A stretch of DNA of 20,000 nucleotides from an uncultured virus (IMG/VR IMGVR_UViG_3300015360_000026) (taxonomy: Duplodnaviria; Heunggongvirae; Uroviricota; Caudoviricetes): the IMG/VR virus record IMGVR_UViG_3300015360_000026, one strand, 5' to 3'. The first letter of the stretch is position 1; each line of letters begins with the position of its first letter. This document shows positions 1 through 8,065 of the stretch, piece by piece. Position numbers and translations under genes: made by a program. The notes beneath the pieces were generated by a model. That model did not search any database, was not told where the DNA came from, and was given only the letters and a program-made list of their open reading frames with translations.

Positions 1-40
1 TTGAAGGACCTCCATGTCCGTGTTGTGATCTGCCCGAGGC

Positions 41-211
41 TTACTGCTTTGGCGTCTCAGCGGCCTTCTCGGCCATCTTGCTCAGCGTGTCGTGGCCGCA
101 CCCCTGGTGCACGTGGCCGCACTTCTGATCCGCCGGCTGGTCGGCAGCCTTCTTCTCGTCGGGCTTGGGTGCTTCGCCCTCGCCCGAGCAAACTCCAGTC
201 TTCTCCATCAT
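41..211 (-). CDS. Small hypothetical protein (56 aa, MMEKTGVCSGEG...ETPKQ), not in the ORF track
   Basis: Manual translation: ATG at 211, TAA at 41-43, GAGGAG upstream; fills the gap after the 239 stop; two CGH motifs. Confidence 0.7.
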   Translation of the reverse strand: MMEKTGVCSGEGEAPKPDEKKAADQPADQKCGHVHQGCGHDTLSKMAEKAAETPKQ

Positions 212-238
212 AACCTGCTCCTCTGTGTACGGACTACA

Positions 239-1657
239 TCACTTCACGTCTTCGTAGTCCAGGGTCTCGACGTCGTGCTTGACCAACACAACGTGGTCGA
301 ACACGCCTTGAGGGTACGAGAAACCCATCGAAGACACAACGAAGGTCTTCTTCAGGTGCGGAACGTGCAGCTTGATCTGCTTGATGTCGAGATCCGGCGG
401 CTCGTACTGCTGGCCGTCCTCGTACCGCGTGTCGTACACCAGGGCGATGCAGTTCTTGCTCTCGATCACGTCGTGGTAGAACGCCGACTGCTTGCCCGTC
501 TCGGGAAACTCGAAGAACACCCGGCGGCGGGCCTTGAGACCGATCGGACCGGTGATGTACGGCAGACCGAGAGTCTCGAAGCCGACAATAATCCCGTCCC
601 GGTGATCGTCCGCCAGTTCGTCGAGGTGCTGGTCGCGATCGCGGCTGCGGTCATCGTCGTCGCGGCGGTGATCGCGGGCCGCACGGACCGAGTCCTCAAA
701 AACTGGCTTCTGAGAGTCGGCAGCGTACGGGTTATCATCGCCGACCTTCCTGCGAATGACCGACTTCGCCGGAGCCATACGAGGGCGTGGGTCAGCCGGA
801 CGGGTCGACAGCTCAGGCGACGGGCGGGACTCGTGAGATTGTCGCGGGGCCTGCTCGACGGCCCCGACCCGCTGGTTGAGCGTCTGCATGCCCTGGGCCA
901 ACTGCGACAACAACGCGACCAGGTTGGGGTCGGTTTGTGGCGGCGACGGCGGGGCGTACTGCGGCGGCGGTGCATACTGCGGCGGGGGCGGTGCGTACTG
1001 GGGATACTGCGGCTGGCCGGGGTACGGCAAATTCACCTGCGGCGGCTGCTGCTGCGGCGGCGGATACGGCACCGGCGTTGCGATGTTCTGGGGCGGTTGC
1101 AGGGGCTGAATGTGGGGCAGCGGGGGTGCCGGGTTGAGCACGCGATCCTCCGTGAGTGGGACAGGGTAACTTCCAGCGAAGTCCCCATAACTGGAACCAT
1201 TGTCGGTCTGCCGCCCGTCCTGCGAGGCTTGAGGCGTCAGGTAGGCGTTACTACCAAGGAGCGAGTTGCTGCGGGCCGGCGGCGAGGGCAGCGGTGCTCC
1301 CCGTGCCAGAGCCGTGGGCGACATGCCGAGCTTGTAGAACGCCTGGTGGGGGTACTTCGAGGAGGCGACAGCTTCGTACACGCTCCGGCTGTTGAGCTGG
1401 GCCATGTCGACGACGGAGCCGCCATCAGGGGCGTCGGGGTCGACGTGAACCACGGACGCGACCGTGGGGTCGAACCCCATAGACCGGCCGTCGTCGCGGG
1501 CCTTGGGCACCACGACCGGCAGGCCGATGCCCGACCGCATGCGTTCGAGCTGCCGGGCGTCCGGGTGCTGGTAGTTTTCGTCGTCGGGCGAGTGCCTTGT
1601 CCACCCCGACCCGCCACCCTGCTCGGGGTCCCAAAATGTCGCAGCCGCCTTCGCCAT
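239..1657 (-). CDS. Hypothetical protein (472 aa) with central Pro/Gln/Tyr-rich low-complexity region and globular C-terminal domain
   Basis: ORF 239..1867 trimmed to ATG 1657 (MAKAAATFWD), preceded by AAGGA; the longer start would cross the 1740-1775 terminator and overlap the upstream gene. Confidence 0.8.
   Translation of the reverse strand: MAKAAATFWDPEQGGGSGWTRHSPDDENYQHPDARQLERMRSGIGLPVVVPKARDDGRSMGFDPTVASVVHVDPDAPDGGSVVDMAQLNSRSVYEAVASSKYPHQAFYKLGMSPTALARGAPLPSPPARSNSLLGSNAYLTPQASQDGRQTDNGSSYGDFAGSYPVPLTEDRVLNPAPPLPHIQPLQPPQNIATPVPYPPPQQQPPQVNLPYPGQPQYPQYAPPPPQYAPPPQYAPPSPPQTDPNLVALLSQLAQGMQTLNQRVGAVEQAPRQSHESRPSPELSTRPADPRPRMAPAKSVIRRKVGDDNPYAADSQKPVFEDSVRAARDHRRDDDDRSRDRDQHLDELADDHRDGIIVGFETLGLPYITGPIGLKARRRVFFEFPETGKQSAFYHDVIESKNCIALVYDTRYEDGQQYEPPDLDIKQIKLHVPHLKKTFVVSSMGFSYPQGVFDHVVLVKHDVETLDYEDVK
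951..1028 (-). repeat. Degenerate coding repeat PQY(A/P)PPP
   Basis: PYPGQPQYPQYAPPPPQYAPPPQYAPP in translation. Confidence 0.75.
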
Positions 1658-1739
1658 GTGCAGTTCCTTGCGAGTACCTTGATCGCCGAGCATTCTACCG
1701 GCCGGCGTCGAACGAGGGGAAGAGGGATCGCTGATAGGT

Positions 1740-1775
1740 AAAAAAAGGCGTGAGCACCCCGGAGGGTGCCCACGC
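1740..1775 (-). terminator. Rho-independent terminator
   Basis: 12-bp stem 1748-1759/1764-1775 (one G-U on the minus strand), UCCG tetraloop, then 7 U; just downstream of the stop at 1785. Confidence 0.9.
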
Positions 1776-1784
1776 AAGACAACA

Positions 1785-3170
1785 CTAGACCTGGTCAGCG
1801 TACCAGACGTGCCGATCGCTGAACTCGCGGTCTCGCGAGGTCGCGAAGTCGCACATCGTTTGCCCAACCACGGACTCGAACCCGAAAGCGTTCTTCTGGC
1901 TTATAGGCGGAAGAACAAAACACTCCGAAACGTCCGACCAGTAATCAGCGAGGGCGGTCACTTCGTAGACACCGCCGTCAGGGATGGCCATGGGCGTATT
2001 CACGAACGACGCCCCGAACACGCCGAAATCCAGCAACCGAGCAGTCGTGCCCAAGGTGAGCATGGACCGAACAATCCATTGTTCGACGAGCTGGTAAGCT
2101 CGCCGACGCCCGACGTGGGCAACCAAGCCCGCCCACGTCAGCCGCCCGCCGCCCGTCGAGCCGATTTCGACGCCGACGACCTCCCCGGCCTTGACCTTGT
2201 CCCCAGGGGACAGAGTCAACTCGGCCATCCTCGACACCGCCATGCAGTGTCGACGACCGAACTCGTCGACGAAATGCACGTCGACGACCGGCACCTCCTT
2301 CTTGCGGCGGACCTCGTCGATCCCGACGCACGTGCCGGTGCACGGGGCGTGCACGTCAAGCTGGCCATCACGGAAAGCGTTCAACGCCCCCCACATGACC
2401 GAGTCGGGCAGCTCACCGCCATCCCACAGGCGAGACAGGATCTGCTCATCGCTGGCCTGAACGGCCATGAGGTATGTCGGCGACTTGGGCCGCAGCACGA
2501 CCGATGGCGTGACAGCCGCGTCACGACCGAGCAGCAGGGTCGCCTCCGGAGGCGACCCGTCAAAGCGGTCCCGAGCCACGAAGCCCGGCCCACGCGACCG
2601 GATGAACTTCAGGAAGTCCTTCTGGCGATCGTGCCAAGACGGCACGCCCTCGGGGGCCTTCCGCCGAAACTCGAACGCAGACGTCAGCCGGGACCAGGCC
2701 AACTCGTTCATGAGCCGGCCGATGCGTGGGTTGGCCTCGCAGACCTCGACACCCTGGTCGGGCAGCACGTACTCCTCGGTAATGCCCCCAAGGAAGGGTG
2801 CCCCGAAGTACGTGCGGCAGTTCCGCACCGCCAAGATCGTAATGTCGGGTTGGCCGTACCGGAGCCGGCCCCCCGGCAAGTCGACCATGCTCCACCACTG
2901 GAGCGTCTTGGCCGGGGTAAAGAGTCGCTCCCCGAACTCTTGGAAGAGTCCGGAACCGGGGATGAGACCCAGCCCGATGACGCCGGTCCATCTCTGGCCC
3001 GCGTGAATGCGGGAGACCAGATCGACCCAAACCTCGTACTCTCCGGTCGTATCCAAACGACCGTATTCCTTCGGAGGGGCATCGGCCTCTTCCATCTGGC
3101 GATGGAGGGCCTTCTGCTTCTCGACCTGGACCTGGGTCTTCGTCTTCACCTTCGTTGCGGACGGAATCAT
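1785..3170 (-). CDS. Hypothetical protein (461 aa) with a sandwich-barrel-hybrid-like motif (HAPCTGTC...LSPGDKVKAGEVVG)
   Basis: Long ORF, GGAG RBS, followed by terminator; motif recognised by eye. Confidence 0.8.
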   Translation of the reverse strand: MIPSATKVKTKTQVQVEKQKALHRQMEEADAPPKEYGRLDTTGEYEVWVDLVSRIHAGQRWTGVIGLGLIPGSGLFQEFGERLFTPAKTLQWWSMVDLPGGRLRYGQPDITILAVRNCRTYFGAPFLGGITEEYVLPDQGVEVCEANPRIGRLMNELAWSRLTSAFEFRRKAPEGVPSWHDRQKDFLKFIRSRGPGFVARDRFDGSPPEATLLLGRDAAVTPSVVLRPKSPTYLMAVQASDEQILSRLWDGGELPDSVMWGALNAFRDGQLDVHAPCTGTCVGIDEVRRKKEVPVVDVHFVDEFGRRHCMAVSRMAELTLSPGDKVKAGEVVGVEIGSTGGGRLTWAGLVAHVGRRRAYQLVEQWIVRSMLTLGTTARLLDFGVFGASFVNTPMAIPDGGVYEVTALADYWSDVSECFVLPPISQKNAFGFESVVGQTMCDFATSRDREFSDRHVWYADQV

Positions 3171-3177
3171 GATCTTC

Positions 3178-3253
3178 TCCGGTCATGTAGGCGAGCCGAA
3201 TTGGCCCACCGATAGCGAGAAGCTAAGATGCTTCTCACATAGTATGACGCGGA
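3178..3253 (-). promoter_or_regulatory. Putative structured 5' leader (three-way junction) pairing the RBS of the 1785..3170 gene
   Basis: Closing stem UCCG-c-GUCAU/AUGAC-CGGA; hairpins GUGAGAAGC/GCUUCUCGC and GGUGGGCC/GGCUCGCC with minus-strand-specific G-U pairs. Confidence 0.5.
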
Positions 3254-3265
3254 TCAGACGATTAT

Positions 3266-3931
3266 TTACTCGTCGTCATCCTCCGGGGGCTCGTCGTCCT
3301 CGTCCTGATCCTCATCGTCCTCGTCGCCCGCCGCCTGGCGACTAGCGACGTCCCGGATCTGTTTCTCGCACTTCTCGACGACGGTCGCCGGCTCACACAA
3401 TTCAGGATCGCCGAGGAAGCCGTCCTCCTGCACGTCGAGGCACCCCAGCAAGTCGAGTTCGACCCGCTTGGACGGGCCGAAGCCGCCGTGCGGGACCGTC
3501 AACGCCGTCTCACGGTCGGGCATCGTCAAGTAGCGAGTCGGTCCCTTGGTCAGCCGCATCACCACACCGTAGAACGCCGTGACGGTGACGTTCTGCCCCT
3601 CCAGCCGGGCGATGTGCAGGGCCATCAGCTCGGCCGACTTGAACGTGCGGACGACCGGGTACTCGCCATCGAAGTGCTCGATCAATGTGAACTGGTACGT
3701 GTTCGGGTTGGCGTCGAGTTCAGGCTTCTCAACCTGGGGCACAGACTCGTCGAGCTTCTCGCGGGCACCCTCGCTCAGCCTCGCCCGCCACGCCGCGTAC
3801 TCCTCGGCCTCGTCGTCAGCCTTGACTAGATCCGTACTCCCGGCCATCAACGCCGCCCTGGCTCGCGGGCTGAGCTTCTTGGCGAACGCCGCCCAGGCTA
3901 CTTGCTGTTTGGTTTCAGTTGGTTCCGCCAC
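3266..3931 (-). CDS. Hypothetical protein (221 aa) with acidic C-terminal tail
   Basis: GTG start with GGAG RBS; tail DEDDEDQDEDDEPPEDDDE. Confidence 0.8.
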   Translation of the reverse strand: MAEPTETKQQVAWAAFAKKLSPRARAALMAGSTDLVKADDEAEEYAAWRARLSEGAREKLDESVPQVEKPELDANPNTYQFTLIEHFDGEYPVVRTFKSAELMALHIARLEGQNVTVTAFYGVVMRLTKGPTRYLTMPDRETALTVPHGGFGPSKRVELDLLGCLDVQEDGFLGDPELCEPATVVEKCEKQIRDVASRQAAGDEDDEDQDEDDEPPEDDDE

Positions 3932-4602
3932 AGGTTCTCCATGGAAAGTTTGTCCAGAACGTACTCAGGATTGTCCCCCTTGAAGAACGCCTTCGCGTAG
4001 TCCACCATCGTCCGGGTCGGAGGATACTTCCGCAAGCGAGGGATGTTAGTCAACGGGTTGATGCCCTCCTCGAACGCCAGCCGGCACAAGCTGCCGTCGA
4101 CACCGAAAGCGTCGACCTCTACGACCGGCAGTCGTCCCGTGACCAAGGTCGCCTTGTCGACAGCGAGTGGATCGATGACGTGCAAAACCTGGCGTCCGAT
4201 CTTATTGACGTAGTTGCTGTCGGGGACAGCAACGGCGACCGTCAGATAGAAGGACTTGAACGCCTCCCAGTGCTCGCGGCGGACCGCCCACACCGCGTGG
4301 TTCCAGTCGACGTCGCCATCAGACGTGTCAAGGCCGGCGAAAATGCGACGGTCGAACCGATAAAAAAAGAACTCCACGTTCTGTTGGTACTCGTGGAGGA
4401 AGTCAACGAGCGGGTCGTCCGTCATGTACCCGTGGAGGTACAAGATGGCCGGCGTGAAAAATGCGTAGTCCTGTGCCAACTCGGTGAGCGACTTGGCCCG
4501 ACCGAGCGGCAACAGGTGCTTCTGCAACCGACCGCCGTGGTCGGTCTCCGGGGTCTTAAACGCGACCCCGTCCTTCCACACATTAAGACCACCCGCGTCC
4601 AT
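3898..4602 (-). CDS. Hypothetical protein (234 aa)
   Basis: ORF in the operon run, protein-like composition; 34-nt overlap with the next gene. Confidence 0.75.
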   Translation of the reverse strand: MDAGGLNVWKDGVAFKTPETDHGGRLQKHLLPLGRAKSLTELAQDYAFFTPAILYLHGYMTDDPLVDFLHEYQQNVEFFFYRFDRRIFAGLDTSDGDVDWNHAVWAVRREHWEAFKSFYLTVAVAVPDSNYVNKIGRQVLHVIDPLAVDKATLVTGRLPVVEVDAFGVDGSLCRLAFEEGINPLTNIPRLRKYPPTRTMVDYAKAFFKGDNPEYVLDKLSMENLWRNQLKPNSK

Positions 4603-4618
4603 GCAGCACCGTTTCGAC

Positions 4619-5284
4619 TTACAGGAAGTTCACCTGCGAAGCCAGTTCCGTGAGCAACACGACATCCTCCTCGGGGTCCACGCACGGCCCCGTCCAACCG
4701 TCCTTGGGCTTGATGCCGCGTTGCGTGAACACCGTGCCCCAGGTCACAAACTTCGCCGACTCGCGGGGGATCATCGCCTCCGTGATATCCCGGTGGTCGA
4801 CGTTACCGTACCACATCGACGCCGGCAGGGGGCTGTTGTGCACCGGCAGGCTGCACTCGATGCCCAACAACTTGAGAAACGTGCGAGGCTCAAACGCAAT
4901 GAAGATCGCCTTGGGCCTCGCCGGACGGTCGACCAGGTCGCCCGACCACGCCTCGGGGTACTCCTTGAGGAGCCAAGCCCGAGCCGCCAAGCACACCGGC
5001 AGCTGGCCACTGCCCTTCTCGCGTCCCTTACTCGACCACCGCCCGGCCCGCTCGTTCTTTGGGTCGATGATGACCACGTAGTCGAGCGTACCGAGGTACG
5101 GGTTCAAGTGGGCCGTCTGCATGAACTCGGCCTCGGACGCCGCAATGTGGGCGTCGATCTTGTCCTTGTCCTTGTAGTTGGCCGGTGCCTGGAACTTCGG
5201 AACCAGTTCCTTGATGTTATCAACCGGCTTCGTCCGGTATCCGACCAACAACTTCGCCGTCACAATCTTGGTGTTATCCGCCAC
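4619..5284 (-). CDS. PolB-type 3'-5' exonuclease-like protein, apparently lacking ExoI catalytic acidic residues
   Basis: PANYKDKDKIDAHIA...TAHLNPYLGTL and C-terminal EEDVVLLTEL resemble phage PolB-exo-like proteins; expected DIET reads GYRT; GTG start with GGGAG. Confidence 0.55.
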   Translation of the reverse strand: MADNTKIVTAKLLVGYRTKPVDNIKELVPKFQAPANYKDKDKIDAHIAASEAEFMQTAHLNPYLGTLDYVVIIDPKNERAGRWSSKGREKGSGQLPVCLAARAWLLKEYPEAWSGDLVDRPARPKAIFIAFEPRTFLKLLGIECSLPVHNSPLPASMWYGNVDHRDITEAMIPRESAKFVTWGTVFTQRGIKPKDGWTGPCVDPEEDVVLLTELASQVNFL

Positions 5285-5513
5285 TGTATTCTCCCGCTGT
5301 GCAGGCGTCTTCCGCCGCCATGCGGGCCTTCTGGCACGCCTCGGCAGCTAACGCCGTGTTCTTCGCTCGAATCGTCTGAAACCGAAAGTGCAGAAGCCTC
5401 GCCGCATCAAGCTCGGAGGCATTCATGGTCCCGCTCAATGCTTTACACAGCAAGCGGAACTCGTCAGCGTCCAGTTGGAACTGGTACGTGACTTTGATAT
5501 CCAAGTGAGCCAT
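5274..5513 (-). CDS. Hypothetical protein (79 aa)
   Basis: ATG with AGGA upstream; fills the gap between neighbours. Confidence 0.7.
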   Translation of the reverse strand: MAHLDIKVTYQFQLDADEFRLLCKALSGTMNASELDAARLLHFRFQTIRAKNTALAAEACQKARMAAEDACTAGEYSGG

Positions 5514-5522
5514 ATCGTCTTC

Positions 5523-6692
5523 CTAACCGGGTACGATCAGCGTACTCGGCATGTAGTTGTCCAGCAGCTCTTTGTCGACATCGAAGTATGCCAGATTCGT
5601 CCCCACGACGATACGACACTTCCCCTCGGCCAGGTTGTCGGCCTTGTCGATGACCCGCACGAGCCGAAGGTGCGTAAACGTCCGCAACTGTTCCAACTCG
5701 GGTGCCTTGACATCGACATCCGCTTTGGAATCCTTCGGGACAGCCCCCAACATGCCGCAGCCGGCCTTATTGCACCAGTCCCGCACCCGCTTGTGTCCAT
5801 CGCCGGCGGCGGCTGCCTCCGGACGGCCGTAGAACCCCTTGGTGTGGGTCTTCGTCAGGTCATCGCACACCACGAGGTCGGGCATGGTCGACAAGCTCTT
5901 GACCACGTGAGACACGATCATCTCCCGCATGCTGTCGTTAGTATCGCCACAACCCTTCCACGCCGTGGGGCCAACCCACACAAGTTGGTTCGTGCTGTGC
6001 TTCGACTTGTGGTAGCTCGCCCCAAGCCAGATCACCGTGTGCATCCACTTAGTCCGAGTCTTCAACACGTGCAGCACGATCTGGTCGATGACGTACTGAA
6101 CGGCGTTCCGCCAGCCGATGAGAACCAACGACCGGTCGCGGTGCCAGATGCCGCCTTCGAGGTCGATCGGGAACGGCAGGGGCATGGGCCTGTTCCGGCG
6201 GGCGTCCTCCTCGGCCTTCAGCTCCTCGTGAGCCAGGGCCTCGTCCTTCGCGGAGTGTTTGACGACCACCGACTCGATCCACGGGAGGGCCGTCTGGGCG
6301 AACCCTAGCATCAGCTCCTTTTCGTTGAACGGCTGAGCCGCCTTGTGCATGGCGGCTTGGATGATGTAGTCCTCGGTCATCGGGTGGGCCTTGGGCTCGG
6401 CCTTCATCAGATCCTGCAACTCGCGGTAGGCCACGGCATAACAGCGGCGGAACGCAATCAACGATCCCAGGAGCTGAAGGTATTCCGGCTTGTCGAGGAG
6501 CTTTTTAGCCCACGCCCCCGCGAGGACCAGGGCCTTCTGCTCCTCGCCGATGTCAGAGGTGGCGAGAACCTCCTCCAGCGTCTCCACCGGGGAGTTCATC
6601 ATCCGCACCATGAGCGACAAGGACTCGTTCGAGTCCGCCATGTCGGCAGGCGGCGTCTCGGTCACGACTCGTTCGGTTCCGTCGGCAAGCAT
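5523..6692 (-). CDS. Hypothetical protein (389 aa); C-terminal half resembles a degenerate DnaB/RecA-fold domain without Walker A
   Basis: Long ORF; motif order LPFPIDLEGG..SLVLIG / PDLVVCDDL / ELEQ / RIVVGTN. CDS is secure, fold call tentative. Confidence 0.6.
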   Translation of the reverse strand: MLADGTERVVTETPPADMADSNESLSLMVRMMNSPVETLEEVLATSDIGEEQKALVLAGAWAKKLLDKPEYLQLLGSLIAFRRCYAVAYRELQDLMKAEPKAHPMTEDYIIQAAMHKAAQPFNEKELMLGFAQTALPWIESVVVKHSAKDEALAHEELKAEEDARRNRPMPLPFPIDLEGGIWHRDRSLVLIGWRNAVQYVIDQIVLHVLKTRTKWMHTVIWLGASYHKSKHSTNQLVWVGPTAWKGCGDTNDSMREMIVSHVVKSLSTMPDLVVCDDLTKTHTKGFYGRPEAAAAGDGHKRVRDWCNKAGCGMLGAVPKDSKADVDVKAPELEQLRTFTHLRLVRVIDKADNLAEGKCRIVVGTNLAYFDVDKELLDNYMPSTLIVPG

Positions 6693-7651
6693 TTGAGTTC
6701 TTCCTCTCGGTGTGATAACGCGGTCGCAATTCGTTCCTTGGCCAGCTTGACAAAATTCGGGTTCCGGTCGAACCCTTTGTAGTTACGCCCAGCGTGCACA
6801 GCTGCTACGCCCGCCGTGCCAGACCCGGCAAACGGGTCAAGTACCGTGTCGCCCTTGCGACTCATCAACCGGATCAGCGTGTACGCCATCACCATCGGGT
6901 GCTGATTAGGGACCGGTTGCCGCCCCTTGTGCGTCCCGCACACGCGAGGCGGGCACAATACGTCGTGGTCCGACCGAAACGTCGCGTCCCACCCCTCTTG
7001 GTGTACCACCAGGAAATCGTCCAACACTTTGCCGAACGGGAACAACTCTATCGGCTTGCCGGCCGCAATCCACTCGTCCCGCCTTTTGACGAATCTCGTG
7101 TCCTTGTTAATCGCCCGCCACGGCGTCACCTGCAATTCAGGATTGTCACCATGAAACACGCACTTCTTGCGGTGTTTGACCAGCCGGAGGCACGTCATGT
7201 GGGCAGGGGTGAAGTTAGTCCCGTGATGGTTGTTCTGCCCGAAACCGAACCCCCAGATGATCTCACTGGCCAAGAACAACTGTAGCGTCTCACGACAGTG
7301 ATGTTCAAGGTAGCACCGATGCTGCACGGGCGGAAACAACAACAACGTCCCGTTAACCGGCATGATCTCAACCAGCGGGTCGAGCCACTCGTAACACCAG
7401 GTCCGGTAGTCATCGTCACTCAGGTCGTCACAGATGGGCTTATTATCGCCGTCACGACCGTAGTCCTGGCCGATGTTGTGCGGCGGGTCGCAGTAGATCA
7501 ACTTCGGTTTTATCTGTTGCAGCAAAGCGGAAGTCTTGATGTGATGTACGCAGTCCTCGGGGGTCACCGTCGATTTGAGCACCGGGTCACCGGGCGAAAC
7601 CAGAACTTGAACACCGCCGTCCCACTTCTTTTCCTTCTCACTGTTGGCCAT
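6662..7651 (-). CDS. DNA methyltransferase, N4-cytosine/N6-adenine, beta class (orphan)
   Basis: Motif IV LIYCDPPHNIG precedes motif I VLDPFAGSGT; GRNYKGFD; AAGGAG RBS. Confidence 0.9.
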   Translation of the reverse strand: MANSEKEKKWDGGVQVLVSPGDPVLKSTVTPEDCVHHIKTSALLQQIKPKLIYCDPPHNIGQDYGRDGDNKPICDDLSDDDYRTWCYEWLDPLVEIMPVNGTLLLFPPVQHRCYLEHHCRETLQLFLASEIIWGFGFGQNNHHGTNFTPAHMTCLRLVKHRKKCVFHGDNPELQVTPWRAINKDTRFVKRRDEWIAAGKPIELFPFGKVLDDFLVVHQEGWDATFRSDHDVLCPPRVCGTHKGRQPVPNQHPMVMAYTLIRLMSRKGDTVLDPFAGSGTAGVAAVHAGRNYKGFDRNPNFVKLAKERIATALSHREEELKCLPTEPNES

Positions 7652-7675
7652 GTTGTCTCCTTTGTTTGTCCACTC

Positions 7676-8065
7676 TCAAGTTCGAGCCGCTCGTGTTCGC
7701 TCGAATGCCTCCAGGTACGCGACAATGGCCTTCGCCCGAGGGAGGGTCAGCCAGCTACGCACGAAGCGGTTGCAATAGTTGTGGATGACACCTCGCACGT
7801 ACAGGCGACGTGTGGACGGCGGCATCTTCCTCACCTTGATGACATGACCCTTCTTGGACTTCTTCTTCTTGTTCGCCTTGAACCCCTTAACGTGCTCATG
7901 ATCGACCACGAGCGGACGGCCCTCAAACGGCTTGCCGCACACCACGCAGGTGTAGTTGCAGGCCGCACACAAAGTGACCCAGTCGGCACTGGTCATGCCG
8001 TACTTAGCCAAGGTGCTCGTATGCGGCATCTTGACAGCCGGTACAACTTCGCCCTTCTCAACCAT
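7676..8065 (-). CDS. Recombination endonuclease VII-like His-Me finger nuclease
   Basis: KYGMT...CVVCG...LVVDHEH...VRGVIHNYCN pattern; TGATG coupling to the upstream gene. Confidence 0.85.
   Translation of the reverse strand: MVEKGEVVPAVKMPHTSTLAKYGMTSADWVTLCAACNYTCVVCGKPFEGRPLVVDHEHVKGFKANKKKKSKKGHVIKVRKMPPSTRRLYVRGVIHNYCNRFVRSWLTLPRAKAIVAYLEAFERTRAART

Noticed and set aside
1..15. Possible start of another minus-strand gene (ATG at 15, MEVLQ)
   Set aside because: Only five codons visible and no clear RBS; cannot be supported
1692..1720. Sigma70-type promoter for the 239..1657 gene
   Set aside because: TAGAAT is present but there is no -35 at proper spacing and no extended -10 TG; not called as a feature
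3171..3265. tRNA or terminator in the intergenic gap
   Set aside because: Only two internal arms, no T-loop consensus or CCA end, and no U tract
6662..8065. Methyltransferase plus HNH nuclease as a restriction-modification pair
   Set aside because: The nuclease has the short endonuclease VII pattern typical of phage resolvases; adjacency alone is insufficient
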